A DNA stretch of 61,127 nucleotides, the filler included. It is 7 parts of 7 records of this genome, joined end to end, with 100 filler letters (N's around TTAATTAATTAA, not from the genome) between each part and the next. Parts side by side here need not be neighbours in the genome. Positions count along the whole stretch, not along the records: positions 16,702 to 27,845 come from SRR31156797_46541; positions 27,946 to 33,099 come from SRR31156797_46549; positions 33,200 to 48,149 come from SRR31156797_46591; 4 more parts are not named here. The stretch is one strand, 5' to 3'. Below the pieces are notes generated by a model that did not search any database, had not been told where the DNA came from, and was given only the letters and a program-made list of their open reading frames with translations. Made by a program: the position numbers and the translations under genes. Positions 27,723-38,331 of this stretch are shown piece by piece. The first letter of the stretch is position 1. Each line of letters begins with the position of its first letter.

Positions 27723-27751
27723 TTGCTCCATTTAGTCATTTCATGTATAAT
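27723..27751 (+). promoter_or_regulatory. SigmaA promoter upstream of SRP RNA
   Basis: TTGCTC-N17-TATAAT. Confidence 0.65.
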
Positions 27752-27794
27752 GACTCTACGTCTAAATCAACGACTTGCGTATATAGCATGTGTC

Positions 27795-27845
27795 GGAAAC
27801 TGTGCAACTTAGGCCTGTGAACCATGTCAGGTCCGGAAGGAAGCA
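27795..27845 (+). ncRNA. ffs: Signal recognition particle RNA (3'-truncated at contig end; 5' end approximate)
   Basis: Conserved helix-8 sequence TGTCAGGTCCGGAAGGAAGCA. Confidence 0.88.
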
Positions 27846-27945
27846 NNNNNNNNNNNNNNNNNNNNNNNNNNNNNNNNNNNNNNNNNNNNTTAATTAATTA
27901 ANNNNNNNNNNNNNNNNNNNNNNNNNNNNNNNNNNNNNNNNNNNN
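27846..27945. other. Artificial contig spacer
   Basis: N-runs around TTAATTAATTAA. Confidence 0.98.
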
Positions 27946-28042
27946 TCTTACCTATAGCCGTTAGGCGAGAGCTTCCTGCTCGAGTCTTACGGATATAGAG
28001 AGCAGCGCTGGTCCCCGAAGGGCCGCCGGAGGCGAAAAATGT

Positions 28043-28924
28043 CTAATTCTTAACAGCCACAAAGCTGCTCAGCATTCCGATCAGGGTGACGGTTCCTGCC
28101 AGTATAAGGCATTGTTCCGGGGGCAGGAAGGTCAGTTTCATGAATAGCGGCGGAAAGTTCAGGATATCTGTGAAAAATTGCTGGGCAGCGTATAGAATAC
28201 CAAGGGCTGTTGAACTTCCGACGAGTCCGAGCAGTGCTCCTCCGGTCAAGAGCGGAAGGCGGATAAACCATTGCTTGGCGCCCACGAGATATAGGATTTC
28301 TATTTCATCTTTGCGGGTCATGAGTGAAAGGCGCATGGTGTTACCTACAACCAGTGCGACTATCAGGCCAAGGAAGCCGATGATGGGCCAGACTATGGAT
28401 TGGGTCAGGCTGATCCAGCCTCGTGCAAGGTCAATCTGCAGGGGATTGTAATGCACCTTGTCCACAAAGGGAAGTGCTTTAAGGTCATGCAGTAAATCTG
28501 CAGCCCAACGCTCGTTTTCAACACCCGGTTCTACGGAAAAAGAGAGCAGGGCAGTGGGCGGTAAGGGGTTTCTTGATTTACCGAGCCATGAAAAATCGTC
28601 AGTATCGCTGAGGACTTCGGAAAGTTGTTTGAGTGCGTTTTCAGGTGTGAAGGTGCGGATGTCTTTGAGTCCTTCGATATTTCGGAGATCTGCCCATTGC
28701 TTTTCATAATCTTCTGCCGGGGTGTTGGCTGCCCAGAAAATCTGGATTTCAACCTGCCCTTTGCTCTTGAGGAGTTCCTGATTGACGTTGTGCAGGGTAA
28801 GCATGAACAATCCGGCCATGATGGAGACCATGGTTACGGCTACTAGGGTGAAAACATTGGCCCACGGGTGCAGTCCCAGATCGCGGATACCCCGGCCGAT
28901 GAGCCTGAAAAATAGTGCTAACAT
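28043..28924 (-). CDS. ftsX: Cell-division permease FtsX
   Basis: NPLP, VGNTMRL..RKDEIEILYLVGA..FIRLP; overlaps ftsE. Confidence 0.92.
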   Translation of the reverse strand: MLALFFRLIGRGIRDLGLHPWANVFTLVAVTMVSIMAGLFMLTLHNVNQELLKSKGQVEIQIFWAANTPAEDYEKQWADLRNIEGLKDIRTFTPENALKQLSEVLSDTDDFSWLGKSRNPLPPTALLSFSVEPGVENERWAADLLHDLKALPFVDKVHYNPLQIDLARGWISLTQSIVWPIIGFLGLIVALVVGNTMRLSLMTRKDEIEILYLVGAKQWFIRLPLLTGGALLGLVGSSTALGILYAAQQFFTDILNFPPLFMKLTFLPPEQCLILAGTVTLIGMLSSFVAVKN

Positions 28925-29607
28925 GGACAGAGCTCCGAGGTCAGGTATTCCGGTGGTTCGCAGAGCTGCCCGTCTTCAAGGTGGATGATTCTGGCGTCTG
29001 GCACACAGCGCAGGATTTCCCGACTGTGGGTTGCCATGACCACTGTGGTGCCGTGGGTATGAAATTGTTTGAAAACATCCATCAGGTGCAGGGAAAGTTC
29101 AAAGTCGAGGTTTCCGGTTGGTTCGTCAGCAATGATGAGTTTAGGATTGACCACCATCGCCCGGGCGATGGCTACGCGCTGCTGTTCTCCGCCGGAAAGG
29201 CTGCTGCATTTGGAATAGCTTTTCTTTTCAAGGCCGAGGGCGCGGATAATGGCCCTGACCCGTTTATCCACAACAGATTTGGGCATGCTGCGTACTGTGA
29301 GGGCTAGAGATACGTTTTCGTAAACCGAACGGTTAAGCAGGATTTTGAAATCCTGAAAGACAACGCCCAGCTCACGACGCAGCATGGGAATCTGACCGCG
29401 TTTGATATTGTGCAGGTCGTACCCGGCAACAGAGGTCTGACCTCGAGTGAGTGGCAGGGCACCGTATAGCAGTCGCATAAGGGTGGTCTTTCCTGCCCCG
29501 GAATGTCCGGTCAGGAAGATGAATTCCCCTTTTTGAATATGCAGCGAGATATCCTTCAAAGCCCAGTTGGAGCCGAAGTTGTATGAAAGCCGGTTAATCC
29601 GGATCAT
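28918..29607 (-). CDS. ftsE: Cell-division ATPase FtsE
   Basis: [38 protein letters not shown]. Confidence 0.94.
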   Translation of the reverse strand: MIRINRLSYNFGSNWALKDISLHIQKGEFIFLTGHSGAGKTTLMRLLYGALPLTRGQTSVAGYDLHNIKRGQIPMLRRELGVVFQDFKILLNRSVYENVSLALTVRSMPKSVVDKRVRAIIRALGLEKKSYSKCSSLSGGEQQRVAIARAMVVNPKLIIADEPTGNLDFELSLHLMDVFKQFHTHGTTVVMATHSREILRCVPDARIIHLEDGQLCEPPEYLTSELCPC

Positions 29608-29628
29608 TTAATTCACCGTGTAAAAAGG

Positions 29629-29982
29629 CTAGAATTTTACTTTCAGCTTCTGACCATCGGAAGTGGTGCAGGAACCTGTTCCTCCGCCTTCGAATTCCTT
29701 AAGCTGGTCTTCCAATTCAAAGTTGCATTTCATGCTGATCCCGTCATGGCTGTACAGGGTGACAGCTCTTTCATGATATTTGATATCGCCGCTGAAGACG
29801 GTTTCATCGGGCAATTGTGCTTTGATAGTATATGCTTCCAGTTCCGGGCGTTTGGAGGCGGACATTTCCACTGGGCCGAGATTAGTTCCTTTGTCGGAAG
29901 TAACTTCACCTTTCATCATTACGGGCGCGCAGGCAGCAAGGCTCAGCATCAGAATGGTCAAAATAAAAAATCTGTAAATCAT
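29629..29982 (-). CDS. Small hypothetical lipoprotein
   Basis: GAGGAG RBS, MIYRFF start, lipobox LAAC; CxF..GGTGSC. Confidence 0.7.
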   Translation of the reverse strand: MIYRFFILTILMLSLAACAPVMMKGEVTSDKGTNLGPVEMSASKRPELEAYTIKAQLPDETVFSGDIKYHERAVTLYSHDGISMKCNFELEDQLKEFEGGGTGSCTTSDGQKLKVKF

Positions 29983-30316
29983 ATTTGTAAACTCCTCGAT
30001 TGGGTTTGTAGCAGGGGTGGGGTAGTTTTGCAAAAAACATTATATTAAGCGGTTCGTAGACCATCTGTTTCGGTAAACGGTCAAAAAACAGAGTTGTAAA
30101 GTGGGATATGTTCCACAGAGAGATTTACGTTTTTGCTGTTTTCAATTAAGTTCTCGAATAGAGCATGGACCTTAATGACAATCCTGACAATTACGCGCCT
30201 TTTGGGTGCATCTTAGATTTAGTGTTGTAACTGGTTAAATTACTTAGTTACGGTGCATGCTTAAATATCGTCAATGGCCGTGGATAAACATATAACTCAA
30301 GCAGCAGGAAAGAGAT

Positions 30317-31492
30317 ATGAAAATTTCTGAAAGACTTATGAGGGCTAAACCGTCAGCAACTCTGGCTGTAAATGCCAAGGCACAGGAACTGCGTGCACAA
30401 GGCAAGGAAATCGTAAGCCTCGCGGTTGGTGAGCCAGATTCCCCTACTCCGGCGCATGTTTGCGAAGCCATGAAAAAAGCTGTTGATGATGGGTTTCATC
30501 GCTACACCGCTGTTCCCGGACTTCCTGAACTTCGTACGGCTGTTGCCAATTATTACGGCAAATTTTACGGCGCAAAAGCTGAAGCTGAAAATACTATCGT
30601 CAGCAACGGCGGTAAGCACTCTTTGTATAATTTGTTCATGGCCCTGATTGATCCGGGCGATGAAGTGCTTATTCCTGCACCTTACTGGGTTAGCTATCCT
30701 GCAATGGTCGAACTGGCAGAAGGTAAGCCGGTTATCGTGCCCACAACTGCCGAGTCCGGTTTTCTGGCTGAGATCAAGGATCTTGAAGCTGCCTGTACTG
30801 AGAAAACCAGACTTCTCATCCTGAATACCCCTTCCAACCCTACCGGCGGTCATTATCCGCAGGCACAGCTTGATGAAATTGCCAACTGGGCTAAGTCCAA
30901 AGGCATCTTCATTGTTTCCGATGAAGTATATGATCGTCTGGTCTACAAACCGGCTGATTATTCTACTCTCGCCAACTTTTGGGAAAAGAACCCCGAGGAT
31001 GTAGCCATCGTCGGTGCACTCTCCAAGAGTTTCGCCATGACTGGCTGGCGCGTGGGCACTACCCTTGCTCATGCTGATCTGGTCAAAGCTATGGTCAAGA
31101 TTCAGGGACAGTCTACTTCAAACGTAAACACTATGGCTCAGAAAGCCGCTCTGGCTGCTTTTGAAGGACCGTGGGATCTCATTGATGACATGTGCGTTAA
31201 GTTCCAGCGCCGTCGTGACCTTGCTTACGATATCATAACTTCATGGCCCGGCGTGATCTGTCCCAAGCCGGACGGAGCTTTTTACCTCTTCCCGGTTCTG
31301 GATACCTTCTACACTGAAGAAACTCCGGATTCTGCTTCCATGTGCACCAAGATTCTCGAAGAGGCCGGAGTTGCTCTTGTGCCCGGTTCAGCCTTTGGTG
31401 ATGACCGCTGCATCCGCTTCTCCTATGCCGTGGATGATGATGTGCTCAAAAATTCACTGGAAAAAATCGGCAAAGTGTTGATGGGAAAATAA
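30317..31492 (+). CDS. Aspartate aminotransferase (class I PLP enzyme)
   Basis: GEPD, NTPSNPTG, SDEVY, SKSFAMTGWRVG. Confidence 0.92.
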   Translation: MKISERLMRAKPSATLAVNAKAQELRAQGKEIVSLAVGEPDSPTPAHVCEAMKKAVDDGFHRYTAVPGLPELRTAVANYYGKFYGAKAEAENTIVSNGGKHSLYNLFMALIDPGDEVLIPAPYWVSYPAMVELAEGKPVIVPTTAESGFLAEIKDLEAACTEKTRLLILNTPSNPTGGHYPQAQLDEIANWAKSKGIFIVSDEVYDRLVYKPADYSTLANFWEKNPEDVAIVGALSKSFAMTGWRVGTTLAHADLVKAMVKIQGQSTSNVNTMAQKAALAAFEGPWDLIDDMCVKFQRRRDLAYDIITSWPGVICPKPDGAFYLFPVLDTFYTEETPDSASMCTKILEEAGVALVPGSAFGDDRCIRFSYAVDDDVLKNSLEKIGKVLMGK

Positions 31493-31532
31493 AAAGCAAG
31501 TAAAGATAGTCATATTTGATTGATGAAAAAAT

Positions 31533-31568
31533 CAGCCTCTCCCGGTAATTATTAATCGGGAGAGGCTG
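31533..31568. terminator. Intergenic hairpin before pgi
   Basis: CAGCCTCTCCCG...CGGGAGAGGCTG 12-bp stem. Confidence 0.6.
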
Positions 31569-31593
31569 CAACTCATACCAAGGGAGATCGAAT

Positions 31594-32937
31594 ATGGCTG
31601 CTAATATTCTTGATTGGACCGACAGCTGGTACGAAAGGCTTGACTCTGAATCTCACTGCGACTCCGCAGCATCCATTGCCGCAAAATTCAGCGGAGAAGT
31701 GGCCGAAGGCAAATTGCCTTTTTGCTCCATGCCTTTCATGGCTTCCCTGCTCCACGATTTGGACGGTCTTGAAGATTACGTAAAAAGTTTCGACCACATG
31801 CTTCTGCTGGGCATCGGTGGTTCCGCCCTCGGCGCAAGAGCATTGCAGAAAGCTTTCTTCCCGCAGCAGGATCAGCCCGGGCATGAAGGCCCGTGGCTCT
31901 GGATTGGCGACAATGTCTGCGCCAAGACGCTTGACGCTTATCTCCAGAAACTCCCCCTTGAAAAAACATTGGTTGCGGTTGTTTCCAAATCCGGCGGAAC
32001 TATCGAAACTATCAGCCAGTATTTCCTTGTTCGTGACAAACTTAAACAGGATCTCGGTGACAATTGGAACCGCAATCTCCTGTTCGTAACCGATAAGGAG
32101 AAAGGGTTTCTGCGCGAACAGGCGGATGAATTTTCCGTACGTACCCTTGAAGTTCCTGATTTTCTCGGCGGCAGGTATTCCGTACTTTCCGCTGTTGGCC
32201 TGCTTCCGGCCATGTTTATGGGTATTGATTACCGTTCGCTGGTGGAAGGTGCTTCTGCTGTACTTTCACCTTTGGCAGTACCAGATCTCAACGGTGACAT
32301 ATTGAGTAGTCATCCGGCATTTAAAATGGCTTGCTGGGCTTCCGGTTTGATGAGTGAAGGGTACAACGAACTGATTTTCTTTTCCTATATTCCGCAATGG
32401 GCCTGCTTCGGTCAATGGTTTGCCCAGCTTTGGGCCGAAAGTCTCGGCAAAGAAGGTAAGGGCAGTCAGCCGCTTCCGGCGGTCGGGGCAACGGACCAGC
32501 ATTCCGTAAATCAGATGTTTCTGGACGGGCCGCGTAACAAAGGCTGCCTGTTTTTAACCTGTCCTTCTCTACCCGAGGGTGCTCCCTTTCCGGACGATGT
32601 CCCGGACAATTTTGCTTATCTCAAGGGTAAGAGTTTTGGCGAGCTGATTCATGCAGAAGGGCTCGGAACTAAGATGGCCCTTGCCGCCAATAAAGTTCCG
32701 TTGGTGGAAATGCAGATGGAGGCCGATTCCGAGGAAGCCGCAGGGCGTTTAATGGGGTTGCTCATGGCTGCGACGATTTTTACCGGCTGGCTTATTGAGA
32801 TTAACCCCATTGACCAGCCTGCCGTGGAAATGGGTAAGTTACTCGCCAAGGCACGGCTCGGCGCTGATGGATTGCAGAAAGAAAAAGACAGTCTTAATTC
32901 TTTCTTGAATACTAACCGTGAAGAGCAGGAATTTTAG
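31594..32937 (+). CDS. pgi: Glucose-6-phosphate isomerase
   Basis: GIGGSALG, SKSGGTIET, GGRYSVLS, QLWAESLGK, DQHS, DQPAVEMGK. Confidence 0.95.
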   Translation: MAANILDWTDSWYERLDSESHCDSAASIAAKFSGEVAEGKLPFCSMPFMASLLHDLDGLEDYVKSFDHMLLLGIGGSALGARALQKAFFPQQDQPGHEGPWLWIGDNVCAKTLDAYLQKLPLEKTLVAVVSKSGGTIETISQYFLVRDKLKQDLGDNWNRNLLFVTDKEKGFLREQADEFSVRTLEVPDFLGGRYSVLSAVGLLPAMFMGIDYRSLVEGASAVLSPLAVPDLNGDILSSHPAFKMACWASGLMSEGYNELIFFSYIPQWACFGQWFAQLWAESLGKEGKGSQPLPAVGATDQHSVNQMFLDGPRNKGCLFLTCPSLPEGAPFPDDVPDNFAYLKGKSFGELIHAEGLGTKMALAANKVPLVEMQMEADSEEAAGRLMGLLMAATIFTGWLIEINPIDQPAVEMGKLLAKARLGADGLQKEKDSLNSFLNTNREEQEF

Positions 32938-33099
32938 GAAGGGGATAATCTCCTTTGTAATCCCTAGTTGATTTAATTGGGGCAATTTAGGAATAATCCT
33001 AAGCTGCCCCTTTTTCTTTACTACCAGCCATCTTTGAGGCACGAATAGGCAAGCTAATACTAATTATATCTATTAAAAGTTTTTGGGATTCTTAAACCC

Positions 33100-33199
33100 N
33101 NNNNNNNNNNNNNNNNNNNNNNNNNNNNNNNNNNNNNNNNNNNTTAATTAATTAANNNNNNNNNNNNNNNNNNNNNNNNNNNNNNNNNNNNNNNNNNNN
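33100..33199. other. Artificial contig spacer
   Basis: N-runs around TTAATTAATTAA. Confidence 0.98.
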
Positions 33200-33919
33200 G
33201 GCGATCTCGTTTTCGTGGTGCGGGAAGATAAGGTCCTGTCCGCCGCCGTGTATATCGAAGGTTTCACCCAGGTAATGCCCGCTCATCGCCGAACATTCGA
33301 TGTGCCATCCCGGACGGCCGCGCCCCCAGGGCGAATCCCAGCCCGGCTGATCGTCGTCGGACGGTTTCCACAGAACGAAGTCGGCGGCGTCTTTTTTGTA
33401 GCCGGCGACCTCGACCCGCGCCCCCTCGATCACTTCGCGACGATCCAGACGCGACAATTTGCCGTAATCGGCCATCGACGGCACGTGGAAAAGGACATGG
33501 CCTTGCGATTCGTAGGCGTGATCTTTTTCGATCAGGGATTCGATCATCGCCACCATCATTCCGATGTGCCCGGTGGCGCGCGGCTCAACATTCGGGTCCA
33601 GCGCCCCCAACGCCTTCATGTCCATGTGGAACGCATCGGTCGTGCGGGCCGTGATGCTGTCGATGGGCTCGCCCGAGGATTGCGATGCCGCAATGATCTT
33701 GTCATCGACATCGGTAATGTTGCGAACATAGGTGACGTCGGCGTAGAGACGCTTCAGCAGCCGATACAAGACATCGAAAACGACGACCGGGCGGGCGTTG
33801 CCGATGTGGGCGAAATCGTAGACGGTCGGCCCGCAAACATAGAGGCCGACGGTGTTCGGTTTGATCGGGGTGAATTCTTCTTTCGCGCGCGACAGCGTGT
33901 TGTACAAATGAAGTGTCAC
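33200..33919 (-). CDS. cysS: Cysteine--tRNA ligase (3'-truncated)
   Basis: [48 protein letters not shown] start with GAGGA RBS. Confidence 0.96.
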
Positions 33920-33950
33920 GGAAGTTCCTCGTCGTTTTTCGGTTTGTCGT

Positions 33951-35177
33951 TCAGCCGCCCAGGCGTTCCAGGACCCGGTCACGACCGATCATCGGCAACA
34001 GGGCGTCCATGCCCGGTCCTTTTTCGGCACCCGTCACCGCCAGCCGGAGGGCACGGGCGACGCTTCCTGAGCCGACCCCGCATATGGCCGCGGTCGACTT
34101 GACCCAAATCGCCCAGGTTGCGGCGTCAAAGGGTTCGGCCGGCAGTTCATCGCGTGCCGTCAGCACCAGATCCAGATCCTCGATGATGGCGGGGACATCG
34201 GCGAAACAGACCCGGTGCCATTCGATGGCTTGCGAGAACAAACCGAGGTGGCCACGCACCGCCAGCCAGAATTCCTCGTCGGCATTGTCCAACCCGAGAT
34301 CCGACAGCCTCTTCTCGACGGCCTCGAAGGGCATGGCATGCAGGACGTCCAGATTGAAGGCACGCAATGCCGCCGGATCGAACGTCGCCGCATCGCCGTA
34401 GGCGGTAAGATCGAACCCATCGGCCAGATCGGCGAGGCTGTATTTCGGTTCAACCACCGGTCCGCGTCCGAGACTGATCAGCATATTGTTGAGCGCCATG
34501 GCCTCGATGCCGCTATCTCGTACCGCTTCGACCGTCGGCAGTTCACCTGCCGGTGCGGAAGCCGATTCCGCGATCGACATGGGACGAAGATGCCCGAAGG
34601 CCGGTGCCATTGCACCCAATGCCATGAATACCTGCATCTGCACGGAAGTCTCGGCCAGACGTTCCTCGTCACGGATAACATGGGTAACGGCAAAATCGAT
34701 ATCGTCGATGACCGACGTGAACCATCGCATGAAGGTACCGTCGGTGCTGAAGACTTCCGGGTCCTCCAGCCCCTCGGCGACGAAAGTCTGGCGATTACGG
34801 ACCAGTTCGTCCCAGGTTATCTCGCCGCGCTGCAGCCGGAAACGCCATGTCGGCTCGGCGCCCGATGCATCGTCGTTCGATTTTGCATCGGCATAGATTC
34901 GGTCCGCATCCTTCAACGTTTCGAAAGCGGCGCGGTAGCGGTCCTCACGCTCCGATTGCCGGGCGAACAGATCCCATTCAAGACCCAGCCACAGCAGATC
35001 GCGTTCGATGCCGATGGCAAATTCGGCCGCCGAGCGTTCCGGCACGACATCGTACAGCCGCAGCAGGAAGGTTCCTCCCTGGTGTGCTGCATACAACCAA
35101 TTGACCAATGCCATGCGGGCATCGCCGACGGTCAGAAGGCCCGTGGTCGAAGGTGCGAAACGGACAATTGTGTTCAT
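33951..35177 (-). CDS. Glutamate--tRNA ligase-like protein with degenerate catalytic motifs
   Basis: [35 protein letters not shown] anticodon domain; HIGH and KMSKS motifs lost. Confidence 0.85.
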   Translation of the reverse strand: MNTIVRFAPSTTGLLTVGDARMALVNWLYAAHQGGTFLLRLYDVVPERSAAEFAIGIERDLLWLGLEWDLFARQSEREDRYRAAFETLKDADRIYADAKSNDDASGAEPTWRFRLQRGEITWDELVRNRQTFVAEGLEDPEVFSTDGTFMRWFTSVIDDIDFAVTHVIRDEERLAETSVQMQVFMALGAMAPAFGHLRPMSIAESASAPAGELPTVEAVRDSGIEAMALNNMLISLGRGPVVEPKYSLADLADGFDLTAYGDAATFDPAALRAFNLDVLHAMPFEAVEKRLSDLGLDNADEEFWLAVRGHLGLFSQAIEWHRVCFADVPAIIEDLDLVLTARDELPAEPFDAATWAIWVKSTAAICGVGSGSVARALRLAVTGAEKGPGMDALLPMIGRDRVLERLGG

Positions 35178-36835
35178 ACCAGATCCGTAAACCGGTTGGT
35201 GATCGGATAACGCCGATCGCGCCCGAAGGCCCGATGGGTAATTTTAACCCCAGGAGGGGCCTGCCGTCTTTTGTATTCGGCACGATCCAGCATACGCCAG
35301 ACACGGCGGACGGTCGCCTCGTCAAAGCCGGCGGCGACCAAATCCGCGACCGAGCGCTCCTCTTCGATCAAGCCGCCGAGAATGGCATCGAGTTCGTCAT
35401 AGGGCGGCAGGGTGTCCTGATCGGTCTGGTCCGGCTTCAATTCGGCCGACGGCGGTTTGGTAATGATGCGTTCCGGAATGACGCGCCCGGACGGCCCGAG
35501 GGCGCCTGCCGGCCGCGTAGCATTGCGCCAGCACGAGAGCGCGAAGACAGCCGTCTTGTAAACATCCTTCAAAACCGAATAACCGCCGCACATGTCGCCG
35601 TAGATGGTGGCGTATCCGACCGACATTTCGGATTTATTGCCGGTGGTCAGAAGCATATGGCCGAACTTGTTCGATACCGCCATCAGCACCAGTCCGCGGG
35701 CGCGGGCCTGGATGTTTTCCTCGGTTGCGTCCGGTTCGCGTCCGGCAAAAAGCCCGGCCAGCATCGAATCGAATGCCTGCATGGCCGGTTCGATCGAAAC
35801 CGTTTCCACGCGAATCCCCATCAGCGCGGCAGCTTCCTCGGCATCGACGATGCTTTCTTCGGAGGTATAGGGCGACGGCATGACAACAAGGAGAACGCGT
35901 TCCGGCCCCAACGCATCGACCGCAACCGCCGCCGTCAGTGCGCTGTCGATTCCACCGGACATTCCAATGACAACACCGGGAAAACCGTTCTTGCCGACAT
36001 AGTCACGCAACCCCAGGACCAAGGCCGAATAGACCGCTTCGTCGCCGGACGGTGGCGCGTGCTGTTCGGCGGAATCGCAGGCCCAGCCCGTATCCGATTG
36101 GCGCCAAACCGTCGGCAACACAGATTCGACCCAGGATTCCATCCGGCAGACGATCTCGCCGGAAGCATCGAGGACAAAGGAATCGCCATCGAACACCAAT
36201 TCGTCCTGACCGCCGACCAAGTTCACATAAGCCAACGGGATTCCGGTTTCGGATACACGGGCACGGGCGAGGTCCAGGCGCGCATCGGGTTTGTCGTATT
36301 CGAAAGGGGACCCATTGATGACAAGCAGAACTTCGGCACCCTTGGCCGCCAAATGGGCCGATACACGGGGAAACCACATATCCTCGCAGACCATGACGCC
36401 AAGACGCAGGCCTTTGAAATCGATCGGTTCGGGCAACGGCCCGGCGGAAAACACCCTCTTTTCGTCGAAGACGCCGTAGTTCGGCAATTCATGCTTCGAG
36501 CGCACGACCGAAATCGCACCATCGACGAGCAACAACGCGACGTTATGAAGGGCACCGTCGACCCGCCAGGGAGCACCGAGCAGAACGGCCGGGCCACCGT
36601 CGGCGGTTTCGGCGGCAAAAGCCTCCACCGAACTTTTGACCCGATCCTGAAACGATCCCTTGAGCACAAGGTCCTCGGGCGGATAACCGGCGACCGCGAG
36701 TTCTCCGGCCATGACCAAGTCGACGCCGGCCGCGGCTGCCTCGGCGCGGGCATTCCGGATGCGGCCGATGTTTCCGTCGATATCACCGACGGTCGGGTTT
36801 ACCTGGACCAGCGCAATGGAAAGTGTTTTGTTCAT
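35174..36835 (-). CDS. nadE: Glutamine-dependent NAD+ synthetase
   Basis: Nitrilase-type domain (GYPPED, LPNYGVFDEKR, CEDMW) plus SGGIDS, ENIQAR, TGNKSE, PPSAEL. Confidence 0.96.
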   Translation of the reverse strand: MNKTLSIALVQVNPTVGDIDGNIGRIRNARAEAAAAGVDLVMAGELAVAGYPPEDLVLKGSFQDRVKSSVEAFAAETADGGPAVLLGAPWRVDGALHNVALLLVDGAISVVRSKHELPNYGVFDEKRVFSAGPLPEPIDFKGLRLGVMVCEDMWFPRVSAHLAAKGAEVLLVINGSPFEYDKPDARLDLARARVSETGIPLAYVNLVGGQDELVFDGDSFVLDASGEIVCRMESWVESVLPTVWRQSDTGWACDSAEQHAPPSGDEAVYSALVLGLRDYVGKNGFPGVVIGMSGGIDSALTAAVAVDALGPERVLLVVMPSPYTSEESIVDAEEAAALMGIRVETVSIEPAMQAFDSMLAGLFAGREPDATEENIQARARGLVLMAVSNKFGHMLLTTGNKSEMSVGYATIYGDMCGGYSVLKDVYKTAVFALSCWRNATRPAGALGPSGRVIPERIITKPPSAELKPDQTDQDTLPPYDELDAILGGLIEEERSVADLVAAGFDEATVRRVWRMLDRAEYKRRQAPPGVKITHRAFGRDRRYPITNRFTDLV

Positions 36836-37121
36836 CGAAAGCGCGGAAGATTCCAATGGAAATTCCAAGTCGGCAACCTAGGCAGAGCATTCCAGCCTGT
36901 CAACGCGGCCTTCGCAACTATGGTCGTGATAGCCGGTTCAATTATGGAATTATGCGGTATTTCCATCCATTGCGGATGTTTCTGAATCGCCGGGTGTGAT
37001 CGCCGACACAGAGAAGAAAGCCGTTGTAAGATAGCGTCAGGGTTGGGTGGAAGCTTTTCGAAACCTGCGAAAAACCGCATAATGGATGCCGCAGGGTATG
37101 GTGGGCGAAGCAGGACTGGTC

Positions 37122-38237
37122 ATGGCAGACAAACCGAAGCAGGTCCAGGAGATGGTTTGGACCGGCACGTCGGATCGGCAAATCTCGAACGACGCCGATC
37201 TGTTCGAACCCGGCAAAACTCCCGTGGGAAAACTCCTGAAGACCAACCGCGATCCCGGCAAAACCGCGGGCAATCGCGGCAAGCCATTGTATTCAAAGGA
37301 CGCGGCCCAACCGCCGGCAGAGCCTGCACAAAAAGCGGCGCCGAAACCCGCGGCGGAAAAAGCAAAACCCGCGGCACCGACACCGCAACCGGCACCCGCA
37401 AAAAAACCGGTCGCGTCGGCCGCACCTCCGGCACCGCCAAAACCGGCGGCGCCGATGCCCGGTGCTGGATCAACACCACGCGAAAAGAGCCGCGTCATTG
37501 CCAAGGCGGTGGTCGGTTCCTTTGTCGATCGGTTGAAAACGGAAGCCCAAAGCAAGGGTGGCTCTTTAACGCTGGACGACATCGAATCGCTTGACCAGGA
37601 GTTCGAACAGAAGACGGCAGCGCTTGAAACCCTGTTTGAAAAGACCTTCGAGGAATACGCCCGCACCTACGCCAAGGGCGAAACCGAGGAACGCCGCCAC
37701 CATCCCTTCGATCGGCTGATCGTCGGGCCCATCGAAAGAATACTTGCCGGCGGCAACGGCCCATCAGTCGAAAAGGGCGGCATTCCGCGGCGTATTCTTC
37801 CCGGATTCTTCATGGGCGTGAATATGATGATGGGCCCCGATGTCATGGCCGACTATCGCAACCGCGCGAGCAGCGTATTCAAACGCGTCGGCGGGGCGAA
37901 CGGCGGCGATTGGCAGCATTTCTACGAGGATTCGGAGGCCCAGGACCTGCGTCTCGACGCGTTAATCGCGATGGCCGTCCATTTTTCCAATCCGGACAAA
38001 CGCGCCCAATGGTTTATGGGCATGATCAACGACCATTTGGCGCCGGTCGACGATGATGCCGATGACGAAACCGCCTGGCGATTGGCCCGTCCCGCCTATG
38101 AGCGCCTGATCGATGCCCTGTTCGCCGATCTGATGACGGCGGTTTCCAGCCCGAAGGCCCGGGAATCGATCACCAAACGCTTCGGCCCGGAAACCTGCGC
38201 ATCGGTGGCTGCGATCATGAAGGGGTTGGGTGCCTAG
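37122..38237 (+). CDS. Hypothetical protein with Pro/Ala/Lys-rich linker and helical C-terminal domain
   Basis: Long ORF, AGGA before ATG 37122, low-complexity PA/K stretch; family not recognised. Confidence 0.7.
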   Translation: MADKPKQVQEMVWTGTSDRQISNDADLFEPGKTPVGKLLKTNRDPGKTAGNRGKPLYSKDAAQPPAEPAQKAAPKPAAEKAKPAAPTPQPAPAKKPVASAAPPAPPKPAAPMPGAGSTPREKSRVIAKAVVGSFVDRLKTEAQSKGGSLTLDDIESLDQEFEQKTAALETLFEKTFEEYARTYAKGETEERRHHPFDRLIVGPIERILAGGNGPSVEKGGIPRRILPGFFMGVNMMMGPDVMADYRNRASSVFKRVGGANGGDWQHFYEDSEAQDLRLDALIAMAVHFSNPDKRAQWFMGMINDHLAPVDDDADDETAWRLARPAYERLIDALFADLMTAVSSPKARESITKRFGPETCASVAAIMKGLGA

Positions 38238-38331
38238 GAAATTCACCACCCAGTTGTCGAGGCAAAGTTAAAGGGCCGAAAGGCCCTTTTTCGATTGGGT
38301 GAGACCGCCATGTCCATCCGGGGCTTGGCGG

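Noticed and set aside
2349-31492. Two aminotransferases as a duplication within one genome
   Set aside because: They lie on different contigs separated by spacers and are clearly divergent.
35108-36985. 625-aa plus-strand ORF
   Set aside because: Antisense shadow of nadE in GC-rich DNA; no recognisable motifs.
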